Shown here piece by piece: positions 51,697 through 64,000 of a stretch of DNA of 64,000 nucleotides (position 1 is its first letter; every line of letters begins with the position of its first letter). Made by a program: the position numbers and the translations under genes. The notes under the pieces were generated by a model. It was given only the letters and a program-made list of their open reading frames with translations, searched no databases and was not told the DNA's origin. Source of the stretch: Paramecium tetraurelia (taxonomy: Eukaryota); assembly GCA_000165425.1 (NCBI GenBank), contig CT868163.1, forward strand, positions 248,001 to 312,000. The letters are read 5' to 3'.

Positions 51697-52131
51697 TATG
51701 CTTTACTAATTAGACATAATATCAAACTTACCTCCAATAATTCTATATAATCTCTTTCCATTATCCTTATTTATTTCCTTGCTTTGAGTATTCTCCTCCT
51801 ACATTTGTTAATTATTCATATTTCCACAAGACTTGCCATGGGCCAATCTTTAAGTTATTTTAATCATATTATCCTATCCATTGTAGATTTTTTATTTACT
51901 CCAAATTGGTCAATACTTCTGGCTCCTTAAATCCTGCATAAATTTTATCTCTAATTTGAAATAAATATTATCATACACTCTTAAAATAGCTCCTTCAAAA
52001 CTGTACATAATTTCTTCACCATTTGTGCATGTAATTTCGAATTTAGATTTAAATTATTTAGGCGGATCTTAATCACAATTCCAAAGAATGACTTCATACT
52101 CTTTGAAAAATAATAAATTATCAGATGACAT
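51697..52131 (-). CDS. Partial MORN-variant (GxKxGxW) repeat protein, truncated at the gap
   Basis: EVLTNLEQIKNLQWIGQYDQNNLKIGPW..GGEYSKQGNKQGQWKEIIQNYW, then an intron and Ns. Confidence 0.7.
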
Positions 52132-53188
52132 AAAATTAATTTAAATATATATTTAGAGTTAATTGCAATCAAGCTTGAAGAATATTAATAATGCTTAAAT
52201 TATCATTCTGATTAAGAATTACAATAAAAGTGTTAAATTAAGATGAGTAAGTTTAACATATTATAAACAGAATGAAAGTAATTGATGAATTTACCCATTT
52301 TCCATTATTATTTTGATTCTTACTGATTAAAATTTATTTTCTCAATAAGTATTTAACAAAAATAAATATTCAATATCTAAGATTTTACTTTAAGTCAAAA
52401 GAGATTAATTAATTTAAAAAAATTTAAATGTCCACATAATTACCTTGTCTTCTTAAACTCTTATTCAATTTAAAAAGATTAGAATTATTTTGATTGGCGA
52501 ATGGATATTTTACCAAAAATTACAATAGATTCTGGCTTATGAACAAACTCTATTTAAATAAATTTTATTTCAATAACAGCACTTGTGAAGGGAAGAATGA
52601 AACTGTCTTTTCAACTCTTTTATGATTTTTACAATATTTTTGGTTTGATTTCCATTAAGAGAGTAAAACAACAAAATTAATGAGTAAAATACCTATTAAA
52701 AATAATTGTATTGAAGGTTTTTAATTTAGATATGGGTTAAAATTTGAATCTGATCTTCTATTTAGTTAATGTTAACAAAATTTATTATTAAATAGCCTGT
52801 ATAAATTTTATTCAAATAATAAAGTTTGTTTAAATAAAGTTAAGCTCCTCAAATATAGAAATAACAAATATTTAAAAGTAGAGGTCAAAAAACAATAAAG
52901 TTAATTCATGAAGGTATATCAGGTAGTTGTTTTCGTGTTATGAGATTAAAAAACGACAAAGAAATTTATCAAATTAAACTTGTATACATTACCAATAATT
53001 TTTAGGTTTAATATCATTTCCAATTTAGACAATCTTTTGGTATAATCAAGACTCCTTAATTTTATGTACAAAAGGTATTCAAATCGCCATCTGTATTATA
53101 TTTTAGGGTTCATAAATAGAATTTAACTTTTAAGAATTAAATCATTTTGTTTTCAATCATATATAAAATATCAAAAATATTTAAATTA

Positions 53189-53749
53189 ATGAACATTTAC
53201 ATTATTATGCTAATTTGGAGCTAATAGTTCTAAAATAGATTTGCTTTTGCTAATTGCATTGAAAATACTCAATTCATTTAACAAGTCGAGGCAAAAATTC
53301 GAGGGAACTATTTGGATGTAGCTTCTGAAAAAAATGGAGCAATCATCTCAACAGCTAGAACTATTAATTTTTACTATCCTGACTCTCTTGCAAGTCCTTT
53401 AAGGGATAGAATCTACTTTTATACTGATTCCGATTATTATGTTGGTCACGTATATTTTGTTTTATATTTGTCTTTAATTATTGAGTTAACTTAACCATAT
53501 GAAATCAATTTAGTGAGGTTTAGAATATGGGATTGGGACAACAGAATAGCTGATTTATAAATTTTTATTATTGGATCTGATAGAATAACTGAGACCCAAA
53601 TTTATAATGGTTTTGCTTAATCTATAAAGGAGGTTAGATTTCCTGATCAACTTGTAACTAAAATAAAATTTTACAATAAAAATGGTACCTCCTTTACTGG
53701 GCATAAACTTCTTTCATTCATTAAGGTCTAAGCATTTTATTAATTGTGA
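53189..53749 (+). CDS. Putative secreted discoidin/F5-8C-like protein (BTBD9 C-terminal-domain-like)
   Basis: LDVASEKNGA..YVGH..IIELTQPYEINLVRFRIWDWDNR..FPDQLVTKIKF; signal-like N-terminus. Confidence 0.65.
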
Positions 53750-53799
53750 TAAATATTAATATATTCAATTTTAGATTAATCCTATTATTAAATATAAAA

Positions 53800-54870
53800 A
53801 GTCCTTCTTAGTAAAATTTGGTAATAGTATCCCTGAACACTAAATCTATTGTTTGCCTTTGAAAGAGAGACAGATTCCGAACTTTAAGAATTATCAAAAA
53901 AGAAATAGATATAAAAATTATTTAAAAATATTCTGAATCGCTTGAAAATAGGAAATGAAAAAGCTTGAAACTAAAAAAGTCAATTTAGAAAAGACATTAA
54001 AACTTAAGGATCTTCTATGAATTTAGAATTTTACTTAATCGAAGAAGAAATTTCTAAACTAATTCATTTTTTACATTATAATTTTAAATGCTTGTGATCT
54101 ATTTCAATCAATATATTTTTGCTAAACCTAAATCATAATTACAAAAAGAAGAGTTGCTTTTATTATAAAAGAATTTGCAAAACTATACCATAAGAATTAT
54201 GCAAAAGTGAATAAGTTAAATGATTTCGCCATTTAAGACTTAAAAAGATTTCATGAGATTTCCTCATTTCAATAAGTTACACTTCCTAAAAATTAGTCTA
54301 AATAAAGAATGCCAGTCTGAAATCAAAGTATTGTAAATTAAAGAGAAGGATATAATCATATATATAATAATCGCTAAGATTTAGCAGAGCAAAAAAGCGA
54401 AAAAAATTTTGAATTGAAGATATCAGTAAGCGAGTTATCATTGTATTTATTAACTAATTCTATAAAGGTTAGCTGTATGATTCAACCAATTCAAAAAATC
54501 ACTAAGCTTTATTTTCTGAAAATATTAAAAAGTATCCTAGAATAATTTCAAAGTTAATTTATGGCTAATTATGAGATTTTATATTATATAGTTGAATTTA
54601 AGAAATCAAATTATTGTTGGTCAGAGGTTACTTCTATTAAACTATGATCGGTTTTGCTTTAATTAAATTTTAAAACAGCTTCTTTACTATGATTTAGTTG
54701 AACAACTAAGGGCAAAATTTAAAATGGATTCTTTTAAATAAAGTAATTAGTTTTATTACTTAAAAATACTTAATCTTAACCATATAAAAAGAGAGAGTAT
54801 ATTTAAAAATCTTAGAGAATACAATAAATAATCTTTTGAGAATTTATTTGAATTATAAAAAGAATGAAAT
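53800..54870 (+). pseudogene. Possible decayed coding sequence
   Basis: Coding-like K/E/Q-rich stretches interrupted by TGA in all frames examined, with no convincing intron rescue. Confidence 0.3.
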
Positions 54871-55442
54871 TGTCACAATTATTTTCCTTCAAAACATATT
54901 TACTTTTATATTTTATATTTATATAATAATAATTAATAAATATATATGAATAATTAATTCTAGTAATTTAATAAGCTATCTACTAAATAATTCAATAAAA
55001 CATCTGAACAATTTGTAAATTCTAAATCTTCATAAGATTTTTCATCTGCTAGCATATTATACTCCACAACTTTCTACTTCTTCAATATTTACAGAGTTTT
55101 TTAGCTACCTTTTCTTAATTGTAAATATATTTTCGATTATTATTGAGATAAGTTTGATCTATTCATCCATGTTATTGCTTCACATCTCTAGTCCTTATAT
55201 TTTTATTAATTATCATTTGGATTTACTTATGATTCTATTTCACTACAAAGTTCTTATTCTGATTTCAACTTTTTATCATAACAAATGCATTTTAATTTTC
55301 ATTTATTATAACAAGAATCTACATAATAATATTAATTTTATCGTATTTCCTTTTTTCTGCATTGTTCCAATTCTTAAGAGTAATAAAAATATTAGAAATT
55401 TAATATTATTCTTAGATAAAATAATTTAATTTATTATTTATT

Positions 55443-56110
55443 ATGGCCCAACAATTATCGATTTAAAGATTACTTAGAGAATATGACAAATTGTAAAAGT
55501 TGAATAATAATTAATTCATTTGTGAGCCGAATCCCCAAAATATTTTCGAATGGCATTTTGTGATTTATAATTTGACTGATGCCTTTGAAGGAGGATATTA
55601 TCATGGAATTTTATAGATGCCTCCTGATTATCCACTCAAACCTCCTACCTTAAAATTCATTACTCCATCAGGGAGATTTGAAGTTGGAAAACCTGTATGT
55701 TTGTAATGTTATAACTAATTCTAAGATCATTTACTAATTTTCATCCAGAAAGCTGGAGTTCTGCTTAAACAATTGAATCTATGATGATCTCAATTATTTC
55801 ATTCATGTATACCAACGAACATACAACTGGAGGGATTATTAGTAGTGCTTTAGAAAAACAGAGATAGGCTTAAAATTCCAAAAAATTTAATTTACAAAAT
55901 GAACAATTTACTAAGATCTTTAAAAAGCATTTCGATAAGTTAAAATTGAATGAAAATTACTAAAACAATTAATTTAATGATAATCATAATAATGTTGGTA
56001 CTAATATAATTGTGGAAGAAGAAAGTTCAATAACTGTCAAAGAATTTTTTATCGGAGGCACTGTTATCTTATTATTGATTTATTTTTTATTATAAAGTAT
56101 AGTTATATGA
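55443..56110 (+). CDS. UBC6: Tail-anchored ubiquitin-conjugating enzyme, Ubc6/UBE2J class
   Basis: NIFEWHF, GGYYHG, PPDYPLKPP, TPSGRF, VCLSFTNFHPESW; C-terminal TM. Confidence 0.92.
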
Positions 56111-56139
56111 TATATAAATCAATTGCTACTCTCAATTAT

Positions 56140-58279
56140 TCATTATTAAATTTGTTACATAATCTTATTGTAATCTTCACATCCTTTTCTAAGTGAATTA
56201 ATCCAACTTATAGGAGCTCTAGAAGCAACATAGTTTACTAAGCTCTATTCATAGAGTAATATAATTTACCTTTGGAATATCCCCTTTAACGTCATTGTTT
56301 GAACAAAAATATAGTCTGCTTCCCCCAGGTATAGTCTCTAAAATGTAGCCAGAAATTAATGTTTCAGCCCTTATATGCCCTTTGAATTTAGGGGCCTTAC
56401 TATGTTCGACGCTAAAATATAAAAGACAGGTTTGTCCTGGTTTTGGAAAATCGTATTTCAAAATTCTTTTTTAGCAAAACTCTCTATTATCCACACAAGG
56501 CGGACTTTTAACATAGTAATAGATTATATCTACAATAGCAGATTCTCTTTCTAACACTTAAAAACTCAATAATATTTTATCCCATTTTTGTCTGTACTTT
56601 TCATTATGTATAGCCTTCAATAAGACATCTATTGAAATTCCTATTAAATCACTATGACCTTTAACAAAAACAGCTGGATTTCCAGGTTTGAAAGTCTTGT
56701 AAATGATCAAGTTTTCTTTTTTTAATATGATTTCCCATCCATCTATAGGTTCTTCAATAAGGTCAACTAATAATTTAAACTTTTCTTCCAATTCAGCTGA
56801 GAGTTAATAGGTTCTATCTGAATTGATTTAAATCTCTTAGGCTTATTATGATACTCTATGGAGTTATGAGTGCTGTTATGAATGTTCCATCTGCAAATGT
56901 AAAATCTATTGCAATTGGCTCTATTAAATCAAGTTTTCTGGAATACATTAAGATCCTCTTTTTTCTTGATTTTCAAAAACAATTTAATCAGATGATTGCA
57001 TATTTTATTATTACTATTGCTATTATTAATTCTATTGGATGATTAACTAAGATTATTGTTGATCATTTTTATCATCATATGATTTTGCCCTTGCTCTCAC
57101 TTGATTTTTCATGATTAATGGCACCTGAGCTTGAAATTCTTCATCTACTTCTTCATTTATGGATACCATATCTCCTTAACTTTTCCTTCTTTATTGGCTT
57201 TTTGTTGGAGAATTTTACTCTCTATTTTATTATTATTATCTATAATTTTGTATTTATAAGAATTTTTCCAAATCTTCAATCTTAACTTTTTAATTGAGTT
57301 TGGCAGCAAACATTTTGATAAATTCAATAGAAAGCTATTGATCAAAATAACTTTGTTAGCATTTGAGTACTATTTTGTTTACTTATAATTTTTTGATTCT
57401 TTAGATCAACATTTGGATTACTTCATTTTTTTCACATTGTTTTGAATCTTAAAATAATGTTAAAAAAGGAATTAAAACATCTGAAACAGTTTCATTTAAA
57501 ACGTATGAAATCTAAAAAATAAATTATGATTATAAGTATTTACTTCATGATTACTAAATTTCGAATAAATGATTTTTTATTCAATTATCTAAATATATTC
57601 CTTAGTTAATTTATAACTAAGACATAAAGCATATATAGATTATTCTTTAGCCAGCCATTCTCTTATTTTAGCTAATAAATTCAAAGACTCTTTTTGAAAT
57701 TTCTCATCAAAATACTTATAATGCAATAGAGGTTTGATTTCAGTTAAAATTCTTTGAATGCAAAACCTTTGTAAATTGATATTGTTTGTATATTTGATCA
57801 TGATCAATTTCCCCTAAGTTATAAATATAAAATTTACCCATTTATATAAGCATTATACCCTGATAATAAATATATCAAATTCGGTTAAATTTATCCCTTT
57901 TGTAGCTATTTTTTTTGAGATTTTTCTTCCCAAATACCTACCCAAAATAATCCCTATAGCTCCTCCACCTATTGCACCTAAAAAGGTAAATCCAAGTGCC
58001 AAGAATCCAATGACTCCTAAAACTGTCATTCCAAGTATAGTGCTAAATTAGGTTCATAAGTTACCCTAGGTTCTAGTTATTCCCGAGTTGAATATTAGTA
58101 AAGATAGTTTTATGCTCTAGTTTCTATTAATCACTCAGTCCATATATTGGCAAAAAAGTAGCATCACTCAAGATTTAATTAATTAAATCTTTTAGCTCCT
58201 ATGGGTTATGAATGTTTTTTAAATATATGTTTACTAGGGAGGTCAACGATTTTGGATTTTTTAATTTCGTGTTAATCAT
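56140..58279 (-). CDS. START-domain protein with N-terminal Gly-rich transmembrane hairpin
   Basis: GMTVLGVIGFLALGFTFLGAIGGGAIGIILG; START motifs YRQKWDK, DNREF, SVEH, IRAETLISGYILE, DVKGDIP. Confidence 0.82.
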
Positions 58280-58569
58280 TATAATTTATTATATATAAAT
58301 ATTATTTAAATCTAATATCAGCATACAATATGAGTGAATAACTGATTGCTAAATTTCAAATTTTATTTTTGTTGGATTAGCCTGAATTAATAAAATATGT
58401 GATGAATCTTTTGTAATTAAGATTAATATAATAAAGCAAGAAATCTAGGTATTAAGACACAAGAAACAATACCTTGAAAAATAGGAATTGCTTGTACAAA
58501 ACAATTGATAAAAAATATACACTATTATTACTAAAAAATAAATATTTATTTAAATAATCATAAATTTTT

Positions 58570-58984
58570 ATGTCTAGATAAGTTATTAGATTGCCAGCTG
58601 AAGTAAATAGAATACTTTATGTAAGAAATTTACCTTATAAAATTACTTCTGAAGAAATGTATGATATCTTTGGAAAATTTGGAGCTATCAGATAAATTAG
58701 AAAGTAAATCAATTTGAATGATTATTTAGAGGAACTCATGGCGATAAAAAAGGAACAGCTTTTGTTGTTTACGAGGATATTTATGATGTCAAATACGCTT
58801 TTGATAACTTATCTGGTTTTAATGTTGCTGGAAGGTATATTTATTATTTTTATATTAATTCTTTTATAGATATTTGATTGTGTTATATTATTAACCATAA
58901 AAAATGTAGGAGAGATAAGACCTTGAATTTTAGAGAAAGCAAATTGAAAAACTTCGTGAATAATAGAGATAATAATAGCAATGA
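58570..58984 (+). CDS. SF3B6: Splicing factor 3B subunit 6 (p14)
   Basis: [66 protein letters not shown]. Confidence 0.96.
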
Positions 58985-59775
58985 ATTTTATATTGAATTA
59001 ATAATTTACAGATAATATTAATGATTAACTAAAACTTATTTTTTATGAATTAACTTTGCAGCATAGACATCTTCAAGTATTCAAACAATGTCCTCAAACT
59101 TATTAGGTTATCTGATATAGTATTGAATAATATTCAAAAATATATAAAGGGTCATTAAAAAAATATATTAATATTTCACAGAATAAGTGGTGAGCAAACA
59201 GTGTCCAAATTTAAGAGAGTATTTATAAATAATTTCTCGTTACAAATAAAATGATAAAATTAATGTAATTAAATTAGTTACAAAATAATAAGATTAGACA
59301 ACATATTTGAACCCACAAATAATTTACTTAAGAAAATCCAGACGAAATTAAATTAATAGTTGGCATTTAATGAATATTCAATAAATCTATTAAAAATTTA
59401 TAAAACAAATTAAGAATTTAAAACTTAGAATCTATTAGAGGTATATCCTATGAAAATGTAGTAAAATATTTTGCAATCTTAGGAATAGAATGTTAAAAAT
59501 CAATGTGAAAAACAGGAAAGATACTAAATTATATCATTATGTTGTTCCTAAATGGAGCAGACTTAATATTAAACTGATCTTAACTTCTTCCCTAAATCAA
59601 AAAGAAACTTATTTAAAGTAAGACAGTCTCTGTGTCATGATGAAAATATAACTTTTTTATGCCTTAAAAATATTCAAAATCTATTTTATTAATACTTTGT
59701 CAATTCATTAGAATGTTATTTTTTGAATTATTTGTTAAACTAAATAAAATTTATTTAATCTTATTTTATAATATA

Positions 59776-61265
59776 ATGAATTTCTATTCCTTTATTTTGT
59801 TGGCAGTAGAGGCAGAGGTAAAACTAGAGTAGATTAGGATGTCATTAGCAAGTATAGATAGTTTTGAATCACACACGAGTAATGATTAACTTAATTATTA
59901 GCTTACAAAAGATTAGATTAGCCTAGAACTGGAGGACTAAAACCTGAGAATATTTTTGAATTTTTATGCGATAATGATATTGAAGTAACTCAAGATCAAC
60001 TTGATTACATATTCAGAGTTTTAGATGAAGATTCTGATGGCTTTATAACTTCTGAGGAGTATAATTTTCACTATATTAATTAGCTTTAAGAGTGCCATAT
60101 TGCCTAAGATGAATGCTGAATTGAAAGAACAGGCCTTAAATCATAAAGGCTATGATCTTCCTGTTGATATGCTATTACCATAAGAAATTGAGACATAATT
60201 ATCATTATTCATGAATTAGATAAAATAAAATTATTTGTAAATGATAAAATTATATCGTAGACTATATTAGGAAATACAATAAAAAATTGATTTGAATTAA
60301 TTGGATATTTATGATAATAGTTAATAAATTACAGTAGATTCTTTGAAGAAATGGTTATAATAGTTGGGATCTGACATTAGCGAAGAAGTTCTATAGAATT
60401 TTGTTCATATTATATAAGGATAGCAGTAATCGCTATAAATTCTATTAGATAAAATTTACACAGACAACGAAGAGGATTAAGATTAAGATGAGTAAGAAGA
60501 AGAAGAAGAAGAAGCAAATGATAACGAAAATGAAGAAGAAAAAGAAAAAGAAGAAGAGAATTATAATTAAGAAAAATAATAAGAAGATATAGAATAAATC
60601 TAACAAAAAGAAGAATTAGAGTAAGCTTAATAAAACGATGTAAAGGATGATTAAGATGTAAAGGATAGTTTGCAAAATAATCGATAAGATGTCTAATCTT
60701 AAGAGTTAAGTCATAATAATATGGATTATTAACATTCATATAATTACTCATGGAATGATATTGAATTTGAAATTTCATATTTAAAGAAAAAAATTTCTTT
60801 ATTAGAAAGACAATTATGGATAGTACCATAACCAACTTTTAGATTTAATGCAGGATAACGTTATGAGTACTAAAATAGGGATCTATTATACTATTCAAGA
60901 AAGAGTTACTTAAGAAAATTTGATGAATCCCCTTCATATTATAGCGATGATAACTTCAGATTGAAATTATGGCTAGATTAAGAAATAAAAAATGAAGAAT
61001 TAAAACAACAAATGTTATTAATTTAGTTGAAAAATTATGTAAAAGTAAGTAGTTCTGGTCTTTTTACAGATATATATTAGAGGTATTTGATTTTCATATT
61101 TTAGTCGAATATATCAAAGTCCTCTCCGTTAATCACTATCTTATTTAGATTATTCTGGACAGAAAGTAAGATATATAATATTATTTAAAGTAAAGTGGCA
61201 GTTACTAAAAAGCATAGCAAACACATTTTTAGAGATCATTAAATTTTAGCAATAGAAAATTTTGA
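59776..61265 (+). CDS. EF-hand protein with acidic tract (3' end uncertain)
   Basis: YIFRVLDEDSDGFITSEDF; poly-Glu region; several introns. Confidence 0.72.
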
Positions 61266-61302
61266 AAAATATAAATAATATTTTTTTTTAATTTTATTAA
61301 TC

Positions 61303-62853
61303 TCATTTTTCATCAGGTGTTGGAAAACTCTTTGGATCAAGAATATATCCTTCACCTGATTATTCAATTTAATTTCCATTTGAATAATAATATTAATTAT
61401 AATGAATTTGTTATGAATCCTTTTATCCGATCTAAAAGGCAGTTCTGTTTTAGGGGTTTCTATTTCTTTATTATCCATATTAATTATTATAATTGTTATA
61501 TTAATATCTGCTGTTGTTGTTATTTTAAACGTAGTGCTATTGATTATTCCAAGACGATGATTGATTAGATTATACAGGCTTGTAAGCTTTGGGTTAATCA
61601 ACTACTGAAGGATCCATGGCTTTTAACTTATCCAAAGTTCCTTATAAAATCAAATTTAAATTGGCTTAGAATTATTCCAAGTATATCCATTTTCCAGGAG
61701 AAGCCCATGAAATCATGAGATTGGGTTTAAAATAATTTTATGAATACCAATATTCCATATTTTTGGTTGGAAACCCACCTTAAGTCTAAATAAAAAATCC
61801 AAATTACTTTGTTTGATTTATCAATATAAAACCACAATGGTTCATTAATGTCCTTGTTGTGTAATTGAGCTTGAATAGAAAATGGTGAAGTTTTAATTTA
61901 TTCGCTCTTAAAAAGAACAGTAGGCAGCTAATCCACAGTTTTAAAATGTGAATTTTCATTATTGTTGTTAAGACCCAAAAGTTGATTTAATTCATCATCA
62001 CTAATACATGTTTCTTTAACTTACAAAACCTCCTCTTGTTTGTGGTTAGTAGTTTGAGTTTAATTGGATAATTGCCTCTTTTCTATTTCCTCTACTGTTA
62101 ATATTTAATGATTGATCTGGACAGGATTTAATGATGGTTCGTTATTTGAAGAGAAGAGCTCAATAAGTTTTAATTTAGTTTCGATAGCAGCTTCTGATTA
62201 TTTTAATTCTTATTCTCTTTTTTCTCTGTACTTCTATTTTTCTATTTCAATAATATCCATAGCTTCTTGTTTTATTTAAGATTCTTCTATTTTTTATCTC
62301 TTCTCTTCCTATTTTTTTTCAAATGTGCCATGATCCTTCTAATATTGTTCTCTTTTTAATTGCATTTCATTTTCTATATCGTTTAATTAAAAGGGGGCAT
62401 TGAATTATGTGTCTTGCATCCATTGAGGTTCTTCTTCATCACTATGATTGCAATGCGAATTCTAAGGAATAGGCTTGAATGGTTTGGTTGCAAATAATTA
62501 TGGTATTTTTTTGATCAGCTGGACTATGGCTTCAGGAGGTTATAAATATTCTCGATAAGCTGAAAGTAATAATTTTGCATCATAAACATTATTTTGAGGC
62601 TAACATATTTAATATTTCTCTAATAATAATAGTAATATCATCTATACATTCATATTCCACTCTCTTATTATCATTTTAATAATGCTATCGATTGTTGTAA
62701 TATTTTTTGTTTCTTTAATATCCATCATAATTATTATTGTGTTACTATTGTTAAATGTTTATTTTTTACTTTTCGATATTGTTATGTATCTCTTTTTTAT
62801 TCCTATTGATCTTTAGCAATATACTAAACCTGATAATGGTATGATTTCGACAT
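61303..62853 (-). CDS. GIGYF/Smy2-like GYF-domain protein
   Basis: WFYIDKSNKTQGGFPTKNMEYWYSQNYFKPNLMI; upstream YDAKLLL (YxxxxL-phi) and EEEPQWM. Confidence 0.75.
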
Positions 62854-63304
62854 TATTTTTATTTTATTTTTTTTTTTTTAAATATTATTAGAATTAAGAA
62901 TTAAAATTTATTCATAATTCTCAACTATGCATCTTTAGTCTAGAACCCTCATCGTCATCCTGTTGAATTTCAATCTTAACATATAATACGATTTCAAATA
63001 TAGCTCATTTTGGAACTATAATTAAGAATTATCAAATCTATAAAATAGAAGGAATGTATCTTAATAATTTTAGGATTACTTAAGTCCTACTAAATGCTAC
63101 CACTTATTTGTATCAATTATACTTATATATATATTACTTGAAATAGTTTTAGCTTATATTTAATTATTTTTTTTAATTTTTAATTAATGTTTATGTTATT
63201 TTTTTCGATTTTTTACTAAAAACAGACTGAAATTGGAGCAAGTAATTGAATAAAGGGAAATAATTAATCAAAAGGAAATTTGTAATTTAAATTAACAATT
63301 ACTC

Positions 63305-64000
63305 ATGATAGTTACTATAAACAATTATTCAAGTTATTAAAGTACGAAAAAGAAAGAGGATGCTACTTCAACTTAAATAACAGAGAGATATGCATAAGAA
63401 TCATAAAATAACACTATTTTGACGCAAAATTTGGCACACTACTAAAGTCGGCAATAGTCAGATGCAAATATTGAATAATTAAACCTATATCCTAGCGATT
63501 CACATATCTATAACACTCCTAAAAAGTAATCAAAATTAAATAGAGAATTTATTTTAAAGAGTAATGAAGTTCTAAAGAACAAACAACTAAATTTAACTAC
63601 TGAGAATGTTAATATAACTACAAGCAAATTAAATTCATCAATAATTGTTCTAAAAAAATTGGATGAAAAAGAATGTAAATATTGTGGATAAACTGATTCA
63701 CCTAATAATTTTATACGTCCTTGTCTCTGCAAAGGATCTATGTAACATGTACATTAATAATGTGTCTAAAAAGACATTGAGAATAATTTTATGGATGAGA
63801 AACAAAGAAGATTCATCAAGCCTATTAGATGCGAAATTTGTAAATTTGTTTTTAAGATAAAAATATATAGAGAGACTAATTTACTTTAATCATTTAAGGA
63901 TCCTATTAAACATGAAAAGCTATTATTTCTAACATTCGTTTTGACAATTCTAGTTTTGATAACAATTGCACTTATCATAATGTCTATTTTAATCAAAGAG
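63305..64000 (+). CDS. RING-CH (MARCH-type) membrane E3 ligase, runs off window (start uncertain)
   Basis: CKYC..RPCLCKGSMQHVHQQC..CEIC (C4HC3) followed by a TM helix. Confidence 0.87.

Noticed and set aside
51457..51761. Track ORFs spanning X residues
   Set aside because: Artefacts of the N gap
54890..55300. Minus-strand open frame of about 130 codons
   Set aside because: No convincing upstream in-frame start or motif; may be a gene fragment
59020..59725. Plus-strand TGA-free stretches
   Set aside because: Such stretches arise easily with a single stop codon; no start, intron or motif support
1..64000. Retained IESs, transposons, telomeric repeats, tRNA/rRNA genes
   Set aside because: No TA-bounded insertion was needed to restore any gene, and no transposase/RT motifs, G3-4T2-3 arrays or recognisable RNA genes were seen by eye

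Overview
AT-rich, gene-dense ciliate macronuclear-type DNA, most likely Paramecium (aurelia-complex-like). Reading frames only make sense if TAA/TAG = Gln and TGA is the sole stop, and genes carry 21-35 nt GT..AG introns, so the supplied ORF track is fragmentary and often in the wrong frame. Manual translation gives about 40 genes. They include a MAST/IRE-type AGC kinase, sortilin/Vps10, two trichocyst matrix protein (TMP) precursors, a MORN protein, PPC decarboxylase, MAM33, GPATCH1, an S10 carboxypeptidase, a chromodomain protein, a Rab, a dual-specificity phosphatase, two more kinase-fold genes, SF3B3, LSM4, a TPR protein, UBC6, a START protein, SF3B6, a GIGYF-like protein and a RING-CH ligase, plus a 150-N gap. 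Main observations: (1) an intronless ORF absent from the ORF track that looks like the NHEJ factor PAXX (13246-14034); (2) a shared 13-mer upstream of both TMP genes; (3) a zinc-finger/coiled-coil/TPR gene built from exact 102-nt one-repeat exons; (4) a Trp-repeat/RGG low-complexity protein; (5) four apparent frameshifts that are probably assembly errors. All calls come from reading by eye; no searches were run.
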